Virus record (IMG/VR): IMGVR_UViG_3300025132_000023
Coordinates: 32,168 to 96,167 of that record
Direction: 5' to 3' (one strand)
DNA: 64,000 nucleotides
Source of the DNA: a virus
Both the position numbers and the translations under genes were made by a program. This document shows positions 41,025-50,972 of the stretch, piece after piece. Position 1 is the stretch's first letter; every line of letters begins with the position of its first letter. Under the pieces are notes generated by a model. The model was not told the DNA's origin. It made no database searches and saw only the letters and a list, made by a program, of their open reading frames with translations.

Positions 41025-41821
41025 ACTGTTTGAATTGTTCTAGTAATTTAATAGATTTTGACGACAGACTTGATGAGTTTGTATGTGGGGAATGCAGAAC
41101 CGTGTTGGTAAACAGAATACATGAAGAAGTATTACCAATAACTTACAAGCCTAATGTCACTCATGTGAGAAGTGGTATAAACACATTGCAGACAGAAGTA
41201 AATATGATTTCTTCATACTATGAGTTTGGTTATGAAGTAGAAGACGACATTATTGCACTAATCCGCGAAGTGATAGAAAGAGGGATGCCTTACTCCGAAA
41301 GAATGATAGCCAAGGCAATTCTTCATTACGTCTTTAAATGCCACTTAGTCCCTAACAATATCCGAAAGGATATTAGAGGAGAACGAGATAAACGGACATT
41401 TAAAAAGGCATTAGGTGTAATTAAGCATTATGTTGATACGCCTTGGTGGAGAACAAATAACCCGGAAGGACACATTGCGAAAATAGTAAGTAATATGTTT
41501 GTGGTGAGCGAAGCAGTTCCTGATGATTTTAGAGATAATATGATTAACGATGTAAAAAAGGTTATTCATTATATGGATGGGGTATTGTCGTTTCAAGGAT
41601 ATGGTCAGACTATGACAAACTATGCCATGATGGTATGGTTAGCCACTAGTGTGTTACTTAGAATAAACTTAAGTGTTAATGAAATAGCAGAAGTGTTCTT
41701 TGTATCGGCAAGTTCTATTAAGAAAAGATGGGACACAACACAACACTTGTTTAACGTTACAAGTAGAAGTATTCTAAACTTAACGTTAGAAGAATTTATA
41801 GAAGGAATAAGATATGAATAA
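41021..41821 (+). CDS. tfb: Transcription factor B (TFIIB/TFB) homolog
   Basis: N-terminal Zn ribbon CLNCSS...FVCGECRTV; C-terminal EIAEVFFVSASSIKKRW cyclin HTH. Confidence 0.75.
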   Translation: MNCLNCSSNLIDFDDRLDEFVCGECRTVLVNRIHEEVLPITYKPNVTHVRSGINTLQTEVNMISSYYEFGYEVEDDIIALIREVIERGMPYSERMIAKAILHYVFKCHLVPNNIRKDIRGERDKRTFKKALGVIKHYVDTPWWRTNNPEGHIAKIVSNMFVVSEAVPDDFRDNMINDVKKVIHYMDGVLSFQGYGQTMTNYAMMVWLATSVLLRINLSVNEIAEVFFVSASSIKKRWDTTQHLFNVTSRSILNLTLEEFIEGIRYE

Positions 41822-42398
41822 AGATAAAAGAAATATAATGATAATAGGGGTAGGGGGAATAGGTAGTTATCTTGCCCCACTACTAAAGAGAGTAGGTGTT
41901 TATTCTATGTTTTTGGCAGACCCAGATATTGTAGAAGAAAAGAACCTATTGTATCAAAACTTTCATAAGATAACTGTAGGAGAAAAGAAAGTTAATTCTC
42001 TACATATGAATGGTCATGTTAGAAGTGACTATCCTATAAGAACAGATGTTTGTCTTAGAAAAGATAAAATGGATTTAATTGTTTGTTGTGCAGACAACTT
42101 AGACATTAGACGACTTGTATACCGTCAAGGATTTCAAGACGATGCTAAAGTTAAATGGTTAGATTTAAGAGCGCAAGGTAGAAATGGGGCATTGATTAGT
42201 TACTTAACTGACCCCAAATTTAGCGATATGTTCTTACAAGGGCCGGAAGGTTCTTTCTCCTGTCAAGGAGAGCAAGATGAGATTACACCAGAGAGCGTGC
42301 ATTTTACCCACGTTGCAGTAGCAGGTATGGCTGCACAATGGATTCAAAGATGGTTCAATGGTGAAGAAGTAAAAGATAAAATGGTGATAAATATATGA
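41814..42398 (+). CDS. ThiF/MoeB/E1-family ubiquitin-activating enzyme
   Basis: IIGVGGIGS, DPDIVEEKNLLYQ, VCCADNLDIR. Confidence 0.88.
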   Translation: MNKDKRNIMIIGVGGIGSYLAPLLKRVGVYSMFLADPDIVEEKNLLYQNFHKITVGEKKVNSLHMNGHVRSDYPIRTDVCLRKDKMDLIVCCADNLDIRRLVYRQGFQDDAKVKWLDLRAQGRNGALISYLTDPKFSDMFLQGPEGSFSCQGEQDEITPESVHFTHVAVAGMAAQWIQRWFNGEEVKDKMVINI

Positions 42399-43075
42399 AA
42401 CACAAAAGAAGAGTTTGGAATGAAGAGGAAAAGAAATTCCTTTGGGAATTGCACACAACAAAGATGGATGATGGTAAGAAATTACCTCATGCTCTAGTAG
42501 TGCATTTCTTTAATGAAAGATATAAGAGTAGAACGCGTAGTTCTAAAAGCATAGAGTATATGCTAGGGAAGATGACTAAGGTTGAGGCAATAAAGAAAGT
42601 CAAGGTAACTCCTGACATGGAGAAGACAGTTGCTCAACTTACTAAGGCAATTGAAGAGAAGCCAAAGAAGAAGTCGATGCGAGGAAAGGTTGATAGACGT
42701 AAGTTTAATACTAAGAACGCTAGAAAGGCTTGGAACTATCCCGGAGATAAGTACCTAATAATGAATTGGGACGCAAATGATGAAAACAGAAAGAAGATTG
42801 CAAAACATCTAGGTAGAACACTACATTCTTGTCGTACTAGATTAAGTAAGATTAAGAAGCAACCAGATTATTATGATAAGTTGTTAGGAATGGATACTTC
42901 TACACATTCTGTTGTTATTGAACCTACTGTAAGTGAACAACTTGTGGCAAAGGTTGATAACGGCGGGGGGCTGTTGGAGAAATTGCTGAGATGGCTAGTC
43001 CACAGACGGCAAACCAAAGAACAACGTAAGATTGCAAAGATTGAAAGAAAGTTGCAAAAGTTGAGAGGGATTTAA
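42395..43075 (+). CDS. Myb/SANT-like repeat DNA-binding protein
   Basis: WNEEEKKFL and AWNYPGDKYL...IAKHLGRTLHSCRTRL. Confidence 0.6.
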   Translation: MKHKRRVWNEEEKKFLWELHTTKMDDGKKLPHALVVHFFNERYKSRTRSSKSIEYMLGKMTKVEAIKKVKVTPDMEKTVAQLTKAIEEKPKKKSMRGKVDRRKFNTKNARKAWNYPGDKYLIMNWDANDENRKKIAKHLGRTLHSCRTRLSKIKKQPDYYDKLLGMDTSTHSVVIEPTVSEQLVAKVDNGGGLLEKLLRWLVHRRQTKEQRKIAKIERKLQKLRGI

Positions 43076-43570
43076 ATGGTGTTAAACATGGTTGGTTTTG
43101 AAGTTAAGATAGAAGATTGGAAAGAGCAGATTCAATGGGCTTATCGGAACGGAAGCACTCAAGATTTCCATGATGCTATTTGGGCTATGTCAACATATGC
43201 CTTCGATATACCTAGAGAAGTGCAGGTAGTTATTGATAGACATGATATGCTCTTTATGAGTGTAGGCACACCGGGTTTTGTATCCTTTGATGGACATTTC
43301 CCTAAAGGCATGGTAATACCTTTGAAAGAATGGATTCATACTCATCCATTCGGGCAAGCATATTTTAGCGGAACCGATAAGAATACCGTAAAGATATGGC
43401 ACTCTCTGTTAGAGTCTGCTACTGTTTTGGGTAAGCATCAAAAAGCAGAATTAAAGTTTAGAGTATTAAACGATGGGAAAGACCATTTGTATACCCATAG
43501 TGAAAGAGAAAACAGATGGAACACAGTCAACCAAGTAATGAATACACTTTGGGGTGACGAAGAAGAATGA
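43076..43570 (+). CDS. JAB/MPN+ (JAMM) metalloprotease
   Basis: Upstream Glu (PREVQ) plus WIHTHPFGQAYFSGTD = HxH-x7-S-xx-D. Confidence 0.88.
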   Translation: MVLNMVGFEVKIEDWKEQIQWAYRNGSTQDFHDAIWAMSTYAFDIPREVQVVIDRHDMLFMSVGTPGFVSFDGHFPKGMVIPLKEWIHTHPFGQAYFSGTDKNTVKIWHSLLESATVLGKHQKAELKFRVLNDGKDHLYTHSERENRWNTVNQVMNTLWGDEEE

Positions 43571-43638
43571 TTCAAGAGATGCTAATATGGTTTGTAATCA
43601 TAACAGTATTCTTTTGGTTCTTTGATTGAGGTGAAAAA

Positions 43639-43836
43639 ATGTTTGGAAAAGAAACAGAAACATCGGTAAGTGTAAGAGATGTAGATTGTGGAGATGAAAC
43701 GATACTACGTCTAAAGCGTGATGGCAGAGTATTTGCACACGTTACAATAACAAAGCATGGGCACACCCATGTGTTTGATATAATTCAGAGAGATGTTATG
43801 TCAAACGCTAAAAACGGAAGTGAAAATAATGAATAA
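43639..43836 (+). CDS. Small hypothetical protein
   Basis: GAGGTGA RBS. Confidence 0.65.
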   Translation: MFGKETETSVSVRDVDCGDETILRLKRDGRVFAHVTITKHGHTHVFDIIQRDVMSNAKNGSENNE

Positions 43837-44269
43837 GGCATATGTAATGGGCCTCCTGTTTATGACAGGAATGTTGGCAGGTTGTGCGGAAGCAATTCCT
43901 GACCCGCCAAGTGTAGTTGAAGGAGATAATGCACCTGATTGGGTGTATTTGAACGGAACCTACACATATATAGTTGAAGATAACAATTCAACGATTCCTG
44001 TGATTTCACTAGGAAATGAAAGCACTTGGCTACAGGTTGATTCCTTTACGCTGAATGCAACTCACATGAGTTTTGTGACAGAAGATAATGCTATTACCTT
44101 CAACAACAAGTCCTTTACTCTAGGTGGGTATCTACAACAAGAAAGTGTGCTTTGGGATGGCGGTTATGCCCCACTTATGGGTAATAACACATTGTTCTTC
44201 CCTAAGTTCCCATACGATATAACTGTGGATTACATGGTTGTATATCGTGAGTGGACAGGAACAGAGTGA
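43829..44269 (+). CDS. Lipoprotein
   Basis: MNKAYVMGLLFMTGMLAGC signal peptide with LAGC lipobox. Confidence 0.7.
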   Translation: MNKAYVMGLLFMTGMLAGCAEAIPDPPSVVEGDNAPDWVYLNGTYTYIVEDNNSTIPVISLGNESTWLQVDSFTLNATHMSFVTEDNAITFNNKSFTLGGYLQQESVLWDGGYAPLMGNNTLFFPKFPYDITVDYMVVYREWTGTE

Positions 44270-44694
44270 GCAAAATGAAGAAGGCAATCACAGTTAAGTT
44301 TCCTGCTCCAATGCCAGCAGAAGTACCTTGTCCTATTTGCAGTAAAGAAGAAGGCAAGAGAGGAGGAGGTTGCTTAGGTTGTAATTGGAAGGGTAAGATG
44401 GAAGTAACTGTTGATGCCAAAATACCAATTCAAAGAGTGCATATTATACAATATGTTGCTGATAATTTAAGTGCGGTTTCATCTGAATTAACTAGATTAT
44501 TTGGGTTAGTTCCTGAGGTATCTACTTTAGAAGTAATTGATAGTGAGTTGGGTCAATACGAAATCGTGCAAATCAGCAGTTTAGGGGGGGCAGTTTGGGT
44601 AGCCAATCGGTTAGACGAATTTGCCGCCCCTAGATACTTGTTTAATTCAAAGGACTTATCCAATTTTAGAAAGGGGTTAGAACATGAAAGATGA
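44251..44694 (+). CDS. Zinc-finger hypothetical protein
   Basis: CPIC...CLGCNWKG, DnaJ-like spacing. Confidence 0.65.
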   Translation: MDRNRVSKMKKAITVKFPAPMPAEVPCPICSKEEGKRGGGCLGCNWKGKMEVTVDAKIPIQRVHIIQYVADNLSAVSSELTRLFGLVPEVSTLEVIDSELGQYEIVQISSLGGAVWVANRLDEFAAPRYLFNSKDLSNFRKGLEHER

Positions 44695-44929
44695 AAGAAT
44701 AATAGCAAGAATACCAAGAAACGCTGCTGATGAGTTAGTCATTAGAACGGCGAACTTTTGGAATATAGATATAATAGATATGCGTTGGTATAAGAATGGT
44801 GAACCAACTCGTAAAGGACTTAGAGTAAATATGCAAGAAGGCAAGACTTTACTCAAGGCAATTAAAAAAGCAATAGGTGATGAAAATGATAACAAGCAAG
44901 AATCAAGTGAAGACAACGGTGAAGAATAG
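44684..44929 (+). CDS. PC4/p15-like ssDNA-binding protein
   Basis: IDMRWY...PTRKGLRV signature. Confidence 0.75.
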   Translation: MKDERIIARIPRNAADELVIRTANFWNIDIIDMRWYKNGEPTRKGLRVNMQEGKTLLKAIKKAIGDENDNKQESSEDNGEE

Positions 44930-45119
44930 ATTCACCAATGTATATGTGAATCCAAACGCATATGATGAAATGAAACTAGCAATAGAAGATTACGTTGAAA
45001 AACTTCTATCTTATGTAGAAGAAGAATATGTAACCGATGCTAGAAAGAAATTGGACGGTAACCACGTTAATAGTGCGGTGGTTAAAATGAATAGAATACT
45101 GCCGGGAGGTAGATATTAA
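44877..45119 (+). CDS. Histone-fold protein
   Basis: Short helix, long helix AYDEMKLAIEDYVEKLLSYVEE, then RKKLDGNHV (compare RKTIKAEDI). Confidence 0.55.
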   Translation: MMKMITSKNQVKTTVKNRFTNVYVNPNAYDEMKLAIEDYVEKLLSYVEEEYVTDARKKLDGNHVNSAVVKMNRILPGGRY

Positions 45120-45572
45120 TGAGTGCTTTAAATTGGTGTATGTGTTGGAGAACCGAATGGGAATATAAACACATGACAGATGATAAAGGTGGATGTAAAC
45201 ATTGTGGAAAGAGAGTTAAGTTCTTTTTCGTGAAGAAGGTGACAGCATGAAACCTTGTTTTAACTGTGGAACCTATGATGGTAAGAATAAAGACGGCAAT
45301 ACTATTGCATTACAATCAACCAAGTTTGGTAGTGTTTGTGGTGCTTGTATAGAAGACGCGCTTTCTTTTTTGTATGCCAAAAAGAAAGGAGGACTATAGA
45401 TGACAGAATGTTTTATATGTAATAAAGATAAAGAGCAACTACTTGCGATTGATAATAAGAGATTAAATTTCAAGGCTACAGTTTGCTTTCCTTGTGTCGT
45501 CCTTAAACTAAAAGAAGAAAAGGATAAGGATGCTCATGCACAAATTGCTAAACTATTTGCAGAGGAAGCAGC

Positions 45573-47102
45573 ATGAAGTTTGCAGAATTTGCTAGACTAT
45601 GTGAAGCAATAGAATTTGTAAACCCTACTATTAAGATAACGATTGCTTCACAGGCAATGCACGGTGTAAAGAATAAACACCACCTTATGGAAATTTTAGC
45701 AATGGAGTATCCTATTGCTAACATCGGTTCTAAGAGAATCCAAAAGTGGGTATGTTCTTCACTAGGAATTTTTGATGATGAATTAGATGATGCAATGTAT
45801 ACTTGGGGAGACATAGGTGAAGCGATTGCTCAAGTAGATGAGGGTAATGAAACAGATTCAAATCTAACTCTATCATCTATACTGCAACTATTGCGTATGG
45901 ATTATAGTAGAATAGAAAGTAATACTTATACTAATTTTGATGCTGCATTTAGTGCAATGAGTGCTAGAGAAAAGAAGTGGTTTATAAGATACTTATTGAG
46001 AAAGCCACGCAACGGTGTTAATAATAAGATACCGTTGAAACTATTAGCAAAGGTTTTTGATAAAGGCGTTAGAGAGATTGAAAAGTTTAGAATGTTTAAT
46101 AGCGTAGTAGATATTACTCAAGCGTTAGAACTAGGAGAAGACCCTGAATGTAATTTAGAACATGGGGTCTTTGTATCCCCTATGTTAGCAAAGGCCCGAA
46201 AGGGTGCAGAGAAACCAGCAGAGTTTATCATTGACGTTAAGTATGATGGTAACCGCTATCAAATTCATAAGCATGGCAATAACGTTATTATATTTAATAG
46301 AAAGGGTAAGATTGTTACAGACCAATTCCCAGATGTTAAGGATATAGTTTCTGAGTTTGAAGGAAACATGATATTGGACACAGAAATATATCCTATCAAA
46401 AGAGATGGTTCTCCTGCTGAACACAAGTTGATGGCAAAGAGAGTGCATAAGAAAGACAAGGCAAAAGCAGTAGAAGAATGTCCTGTTCATTTAGCAGTAT
46501 TCGACATACTATCTTATAATGGTGAAACATTCTTAGAAGAGAAGTTTTCTGATAGAAGACTTTTGTTGGAAGATAAAGTGCCTGAAGACTACCACGCTAC
46601 TACCTTACCCGAAAACATTAAGGCGGCGTATAATCTCGCTATTGATTGGGGCTATGAAGGTATTATGATTAAGGATGCTACCATGTCTTATCAAGCAGGT
46701 AAGAGAAGCAAAGGATGGTTAAAGTATAAACCTCCTCTAATCGAACTAGATGTAGTCATTACATCTGCTGAGTATGGTGAAGGAAAAAGAAGTAGTGTGT
46801 TTGGAACATATGGTATATCTGTAAAGGATGGTTCAGACTATGTATCTGTTGGTAAGGTTGGAACAGGCTTTTCTGATTTAGACCTAGACTTCTTAACTAC
46901 TGAGTTAAGAAAGAATGTTGACCACTTTGAAGGAGATACCTATCATTTCTTACCTAGAGTAGTATTGACAGTAAGAAGCGACTTGGTATCAATGGACGCT
47001 AAAGGAAACCTCGGACTGAGATTCCCAAGATGCGTAGCCATCAGACATGACAAGTATGCTTCTGATGCTGATACGCTGACAAGACTACAGGAGATGGCTT
47101 AA
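45573..47102 (+). CDS. lig: ATP-dependent DNA ligase
   Basis: KYDGNR, EGIMIK, WLKYK, VGTGFS, LRFPR. Confidence 0.95.
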   Translation: MKFAEFARLCEAIEFVNPTIKITIASQAMHGVKNKHHLMEILAMEYPIANIGSKRIQKWVCSSLGIFDDELDDAMYTWGDIGEAIAQVDEGNETDSNLTLSSILQLLRMDYSRIESNTYTNFDAAFSAMSAREKKWFIRYLLRKPRNGVNNKIPLKLLAKVFDKGVREIEKFRMFNSVVDITQALELGEDPECNLEHGVFVSPMLAKARKGAEKPAEFIIDVKYDGNRYQIHKHGNNVIIFNRKGKIVTDQFPDVKDIVSEFEGNMILDTEIYPIKRDGSPAEHKLMAKRVHKKDKAKAVEECPVHLAVFDILSYNGETFLEEKFSDRRLLLEDKVPEDYHATTLPENIKAAYNLAIDWGYEGIMIKDATMSYQAGKRSKGWLKYKPPLIELDVVITSAEYGEGKRSSVFGTYGISVKDGSDYVSVGKVGTGFSDLDLDFLTTELRKNVDHFEGDTYHFLPRVVLTVRSDLVSMDAKGNLGLRFPRCVAIRHDKYASDADTLTRLQEMA

Positions 47103-47103
47103 A

Positions 47104-47595
47104 ATGATAGCAGAAGGTGATATAACGCTAATAGACAATTTGCCCTATAATTGTATAAAAATTGAGGGTGGAGTGGCATTTTTGAAGATGGTTGGTGAAG
47201 AGAAGCGGGGTCGTTTCCGAAAGATGGATGCAAAAATGGTTCCCTATCTGGACGAGAATAAAAACTTAATCGTTCCAAAGGCAAAACCATTCTCAAGAAG
47301 ACGAATGCTTCGATTTGATTACATGAAGGTCATTAAGGAGAATGTTGATATGGGTGTATCCCACGATTTACCTTATTGGGTTGCTGAATGGTTAGAAGAA
47401 CTTATAGTTCAATTGGCTCATAAGGCGGAACAGAACGCAATTGATAGTAAGTCAAGAACAATCAATGCAGGTCATTGGTATTGGTTTGAAGTAGGGCCAA
47501 CAGAAGGTTTAGGTCATTGGCCCCAACACGTTGAGTATGCTAAGGATTACAAAGAATACTTACGAGATGAACAAAACAAAGTAGAAGAGGAATAA
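47104..47595 (+). CDS. Protein with C-terminal histone fold
   Basis: GVSHD...WLEELIVQLAHKAEQNAIDSKSRTINAGH follows the archaeal histone pattern. Confidence 0.55.
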   Translation: MIAEGDITLIDNLPYNCIKIEGGVAFLKMVGEEKRGRFRKMDAKMVPYLDENKNLIVPKAKPFSRRRMLRFDYMKVIKENVDMGVSHDLPYWVAEWLEELIVQLAHKAEQNAIDSKSRTINAGHWYWFEVGPTEGLGHWPQHVEYAKDYKEYLRDEQNKVEEE

Positions 47596-47598
47596 AGA

Positions 47599-47997
47599 AT
47601 GTTTAGTAAAGGACAATTAGAAGGAATATTGTTATCCTTGACAAAACCAGAAGTGCATATGTCAAGGTCTGATGATACATCTATTGGATATAGAGTAAGA
47701 GTCAGAATAAACTTTAGGGGGAGTGAACCTTTTTTACTTGCCTTAGGAGATACCTTTAATAAAAGAGGTATTAAGTATACGTTTAAAGAAAAGGAACATA
47801 AAAGCAGACCGCGACCAATATTAACTGTTGGTGGTTTAGTAAATATTTGGAAACTATGTCAATTGGTTCCAGATGATTTACCAGATTCAAAAAATATGTG
47901 GTCTGATTTTAAAGAGATAATTAGATTGATAGACAATGGAGAACATTTAACGTTAGAAGGGTTTGAAAAGATTCTTAAACTTAAAGGTGAAATCTAA
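47599..47997 (+). CDS. Degenerate single-motif LAGLIDADG-like protein
   Basis: GYRVRVRINF beta-strand region and HLTLEGFEKILKLK tail; catalytic D/E-G not evident. Confidence 0.55.
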   Translation: MFSKGQLEGILLSLTKPEVHMSRSDDTSIGYRVRVRINFRGSEPFLLALGDTFNKRGIKYTFKEKEHKSRPRPILTVGGLVNIWKLCQLVPDDLPDSKNMWSDFKEIIRLIDNGEHLTLEGFEKILKLKGEI

Positions 47998-48203
47998 TGT
48001 TTAACAAACAAGATGTTACTAAGTTGGTAATGTTTTCAGAAGACACGCTTAGGCGTGGATGTAGAGAATGTAACTATGACCAACTAGCATTTACGGCAGG
48101 AATAAGTGTAGAACCTAGAACAAGGGTTTACTTCTTAGATATTGATTGCCCTAAATGTGGAACATCTTACAAAGAGATTATGAATATGGAAGAGATTGAA
48201 TGA
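47997..48203 (+). CDS. Small zinc-ribbon protein
   Basis: CREC...CPKCG. Confidence 0.7.
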   Translation: MFNKQDVTKLVMFSEDTLRRGCRECNYDQLAFTAGISVEPRTRVYFLDIDCPKCGTSYKEIMNMEEIE

Positions 48204-49036
48204 TTGGTATAGAAATAAAAAGACCGATAATAATTGTAGGTAAAGAAGGAACGCCTAAAGACCAAAAGGCAATGGAGTTTCTTAGTAATGACCCTATAAT
48301 TAAATATGCAAATGAATATGATATTACTGAAAATAACAGTATTCCCATTAATAGAGGCATCTTGATTAAGGATGTTACTTACAAGCCTCAACTTGATTTG
48401 ATTATTGATACGTTAGATAATTATAGAGGACAGGTTGTAATAACATCCCTTAATCAAAAGGATGTTCCTAAGAAACTTTTTAACAAGTGTAAGTTAAAAA
48501 GAGCAACAAAGAATGTAATGCGAGAAGAGTTAAGTCGCATTGCCCCAAATTCAGATGACCCCGGAATTGATAGCCAAAATATCTTTTCCCTCATCCATTT
48601 CTATTTAAGAGAAAAGGATAGAGAAAAGGTAGTTGCTGAATTAAAATGGAGTAAGCCTTTTGATGAACAGTTTATTTCTTGGGTTGCAAGTAATATAAGC
48701 CCTCATAAGTTGGCATATATTGACGCAAAGGTTAAGAGAAGATGGTCGCAAGATTACTTCTATGAATTACTTGGTTATGCCCACACCGGAGAGGTAATAG
48801 GTAAAGCAAAGTTTCCTAGTAAGAAACCTAAAAACCATAAAGGCCCAATATGTAGAAAGTTAAAACTAAAAACTAGTCAGTTTTATTTATTAGAACAACT
48901 GGTTAAAGACAAAGACTTTGCACGCTATGCTTCTAAACAACTAAACAATGTTGAAAGAAGAGTGCTTAGACTACCTGAACCTACAAAGAGAAAGAAGGTA
49001 TTAACTCAAAAGATAATCACATTAGGTGATTTTTAA
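48200..49036 (+). CDS. Probable degenerate clamp-loader (RFC large-like) subunit
   Basis: Degenerate P-loop IIIVGKEGTPK; FISWVASN resembles RFC-L WIxEN; near rfcS. Confidence 0.45.
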   Translation: MIGIEIKRPIIIVGKEGTPKDQKAMEFLSNDPIIKYANEYDITENNSIPINRGILIKDVTYKPQLDLIIDTLDNYRGQVVITSLNQKDVPKKLFNKCKLKRATKNVMREELSRIAPNSDDPGIDSQNIFSLIHFYLREKDREKVVAELKWSKPFDEQFISWVASNISPHKLAYIDAKVKRRWSQDYFYELLGYAHTGEVIGKAKFPSKKPKNHKGPICRKLKLKTSQFYLLEQLVKDKDFARYASKQLNNVERRVLRLPEPTKRKKVLTQKIITLGDF

Positions 49037-49888
49037 TGGCAGGAAAAAATAAACATTATTATAGAAAGAAAGCAGCCAAAGAGTTTGGCTTAAGAACCAA
49101 GACTCAATTTCATATAACTGAGATAGTCGAGTTTTGTAATAAATATAAGAACCAAAGAGGAACACAACATCTAAGAACGCAGACTAATGCTCAACAGATG
49201 GGAAATCTTTTGAAAGGAAGTAAAGATTTTGAGTGTATTACTCCGGGGATTTGGGAATATATAGGAGAAGAAGAAGAATGACTATATGGTTTGCTGGAGA
49301 CAAAACCCAACATAAAGTAGAAACTTGTGTTGTGTGTAAACACACTAATAGATATATATTTGGAATAAGAGAATATGTTAGCGTAGATGGGGGTTCGGTT
49401 TGTATTCCTTGTATCAATGTATTTGTTAATGATTACATTGTTATGGTAAACCCTTGGGACAAATCAAAATGGAAAAAGGAGGAAGAAGAATGAGAGATGA
49501 AAGACACAACTTTGTTGTAGAAAAACTTAAAGAAATGTTAATAGAAATGAAAGAATCATATGAAAATAGAGAATTGATTCGTCAAGATATTATAAGACAG
49601 TATAGAGAATTAGAACAATTGGTAAAATATTTACCAGAAGATTTTGCGGGGAAAGATTGGATGGAACAGAATCTTGTAAAACAAGAAGCCTTACTTGACG
49701 AGATGGAAGAGGTATCAAAATCAAATAGAAAGTATATTGAGCAATGTGAGAAATCTAGTGCTTCAATTACATATGCTATTGACTTACACGCACAAGATGT
49801 TTTAAGCGATGAAGAGTTGCAAGACACAATACGAATGGAAGCCGAAATAATTGAGGCTCATAATCCAGTATTCTTTGGAGTAGATTAA
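49036..49888 (+). other. Three small hypothetical genes (49036-49281, ~49278-49493 Zn finger, ~49490-49888 coiled coil)
   Basis: Packed ORFs with ATGA overlaps. Confidence 0.65.
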
Positions 49889-49889
49889 T

Positions 49890-50804
49890 ATGTTATGGAC
49901 AGAAAAATATAGACCTCATCATTTGGATGAGATAATAGGACAAGATAAGTTTGTTGATGATGCTTTATCTTGGGAAAATGGTATGCCAAATGTATTGCTT
50001 TATGGTGTGGCAGGTGTAGGTAAAACTGCCGCAGCAGGAGCATTGGCAAATCATATATTAGATGGCAGCAAAGATGGTAATTTCTTTGAGATAAATGCCT
50101 CTGATGATAGAAGACTAGAAGTGGTTAGAACCACTATTAAAGAAATCGCCACGGCGATGAAGGTGGGTGATGTGCCCCATAAGATTGTTTTGTTAGATGA
50201 AATGGATGGTATGACACCGGATGCTCAAAACGCATTGAAGCGCATAATGGAAAGATATAGTCATAATATTAGATTTGTTATTACTTGTAATAATAGACAT
50301 AAAATCATTACACCTTTGCAATCAAGATGTGCAAACTATTTATTTGTAAAGATAAGTAATGAGGACATAAAGATTGTATTGCAAAGAATTATAGATAAAG
50401 AGAACATAACTACCATTAGCGAAGGTGATTTAGAAACGTTTATATCTGCCATCGGGGGTGACTTGCGTAGAGCAATCACGGAGTTACAGGCTTCGGTTGC
50501 GAGCAATACGCCCTTAACAATACAGATAACTAGAATGATGGAACCTTACGATGATTTGTTGAACCTCATTCTTGATAAGAAATACGAATTAGCACTATCA
50601 AAAATGACAGAACTGTTAGCCTTATCGGTAGATATGAAAACCATTTGTATTCATTTACATGATAGCATAACTATAGGAAGAGGTAAAGATTTGGGGCCAT
50701 TAGTTAAATTCAAACTATTAAGAGTTGTAGGCGAAACCGAGTGGAGAAGTAGTAATATGACACCGAAGTTATTAGCCGGATGGATGATAGGTCAGATGAT
50801 ATAA
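49890..50804 (+). CDS. rfcS: Replication factor C small subunit
   Basis: LWTEKYRP, GVAGVGKT, EINASD, LLDEMD, LQSRC, GDLRRAI. Confidence 0.95.
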   Translation: MLWTEKYRPHHLDEIIGQDKFVDDALSWENGMPNVLLYGVAGVGKTAAAGALANHILDGSKDGNFFEINASDDRRLEVVRTTIKEIATAMKVGDVPHKIVLLDEMDGMTPDAQNALKRIMERYSHNIRFVITCNNRHKIITPLQSRCANYLFVKISNEDIKIVLQRIIDKENITTISEGDLETFISAIGGDLRRAITELQASVASNTPLTIQITRMMEPYDDLLNLILDKKYELALSKMTELLALSVDMKTICIHLHDSITIGRGKDLGPLVKFKLLRVVGETEWRSSNMTPKLLAGWMIGQMI

Positions 50805-50972
50805 TGGATGGAGTAGTAGTTGTTGTATTATTATTCTTTCTATGGAGAGCGTTGTTTGGGGGGCAACATCATTGACTAGTTCTGAAGCAATGGCCGTAGG
50901 ATGTGTTGGCGTAATATGTTATGGTTATGCAACACTACAATTTCTACGGTTTATACATAAGGGGAAATAAAT

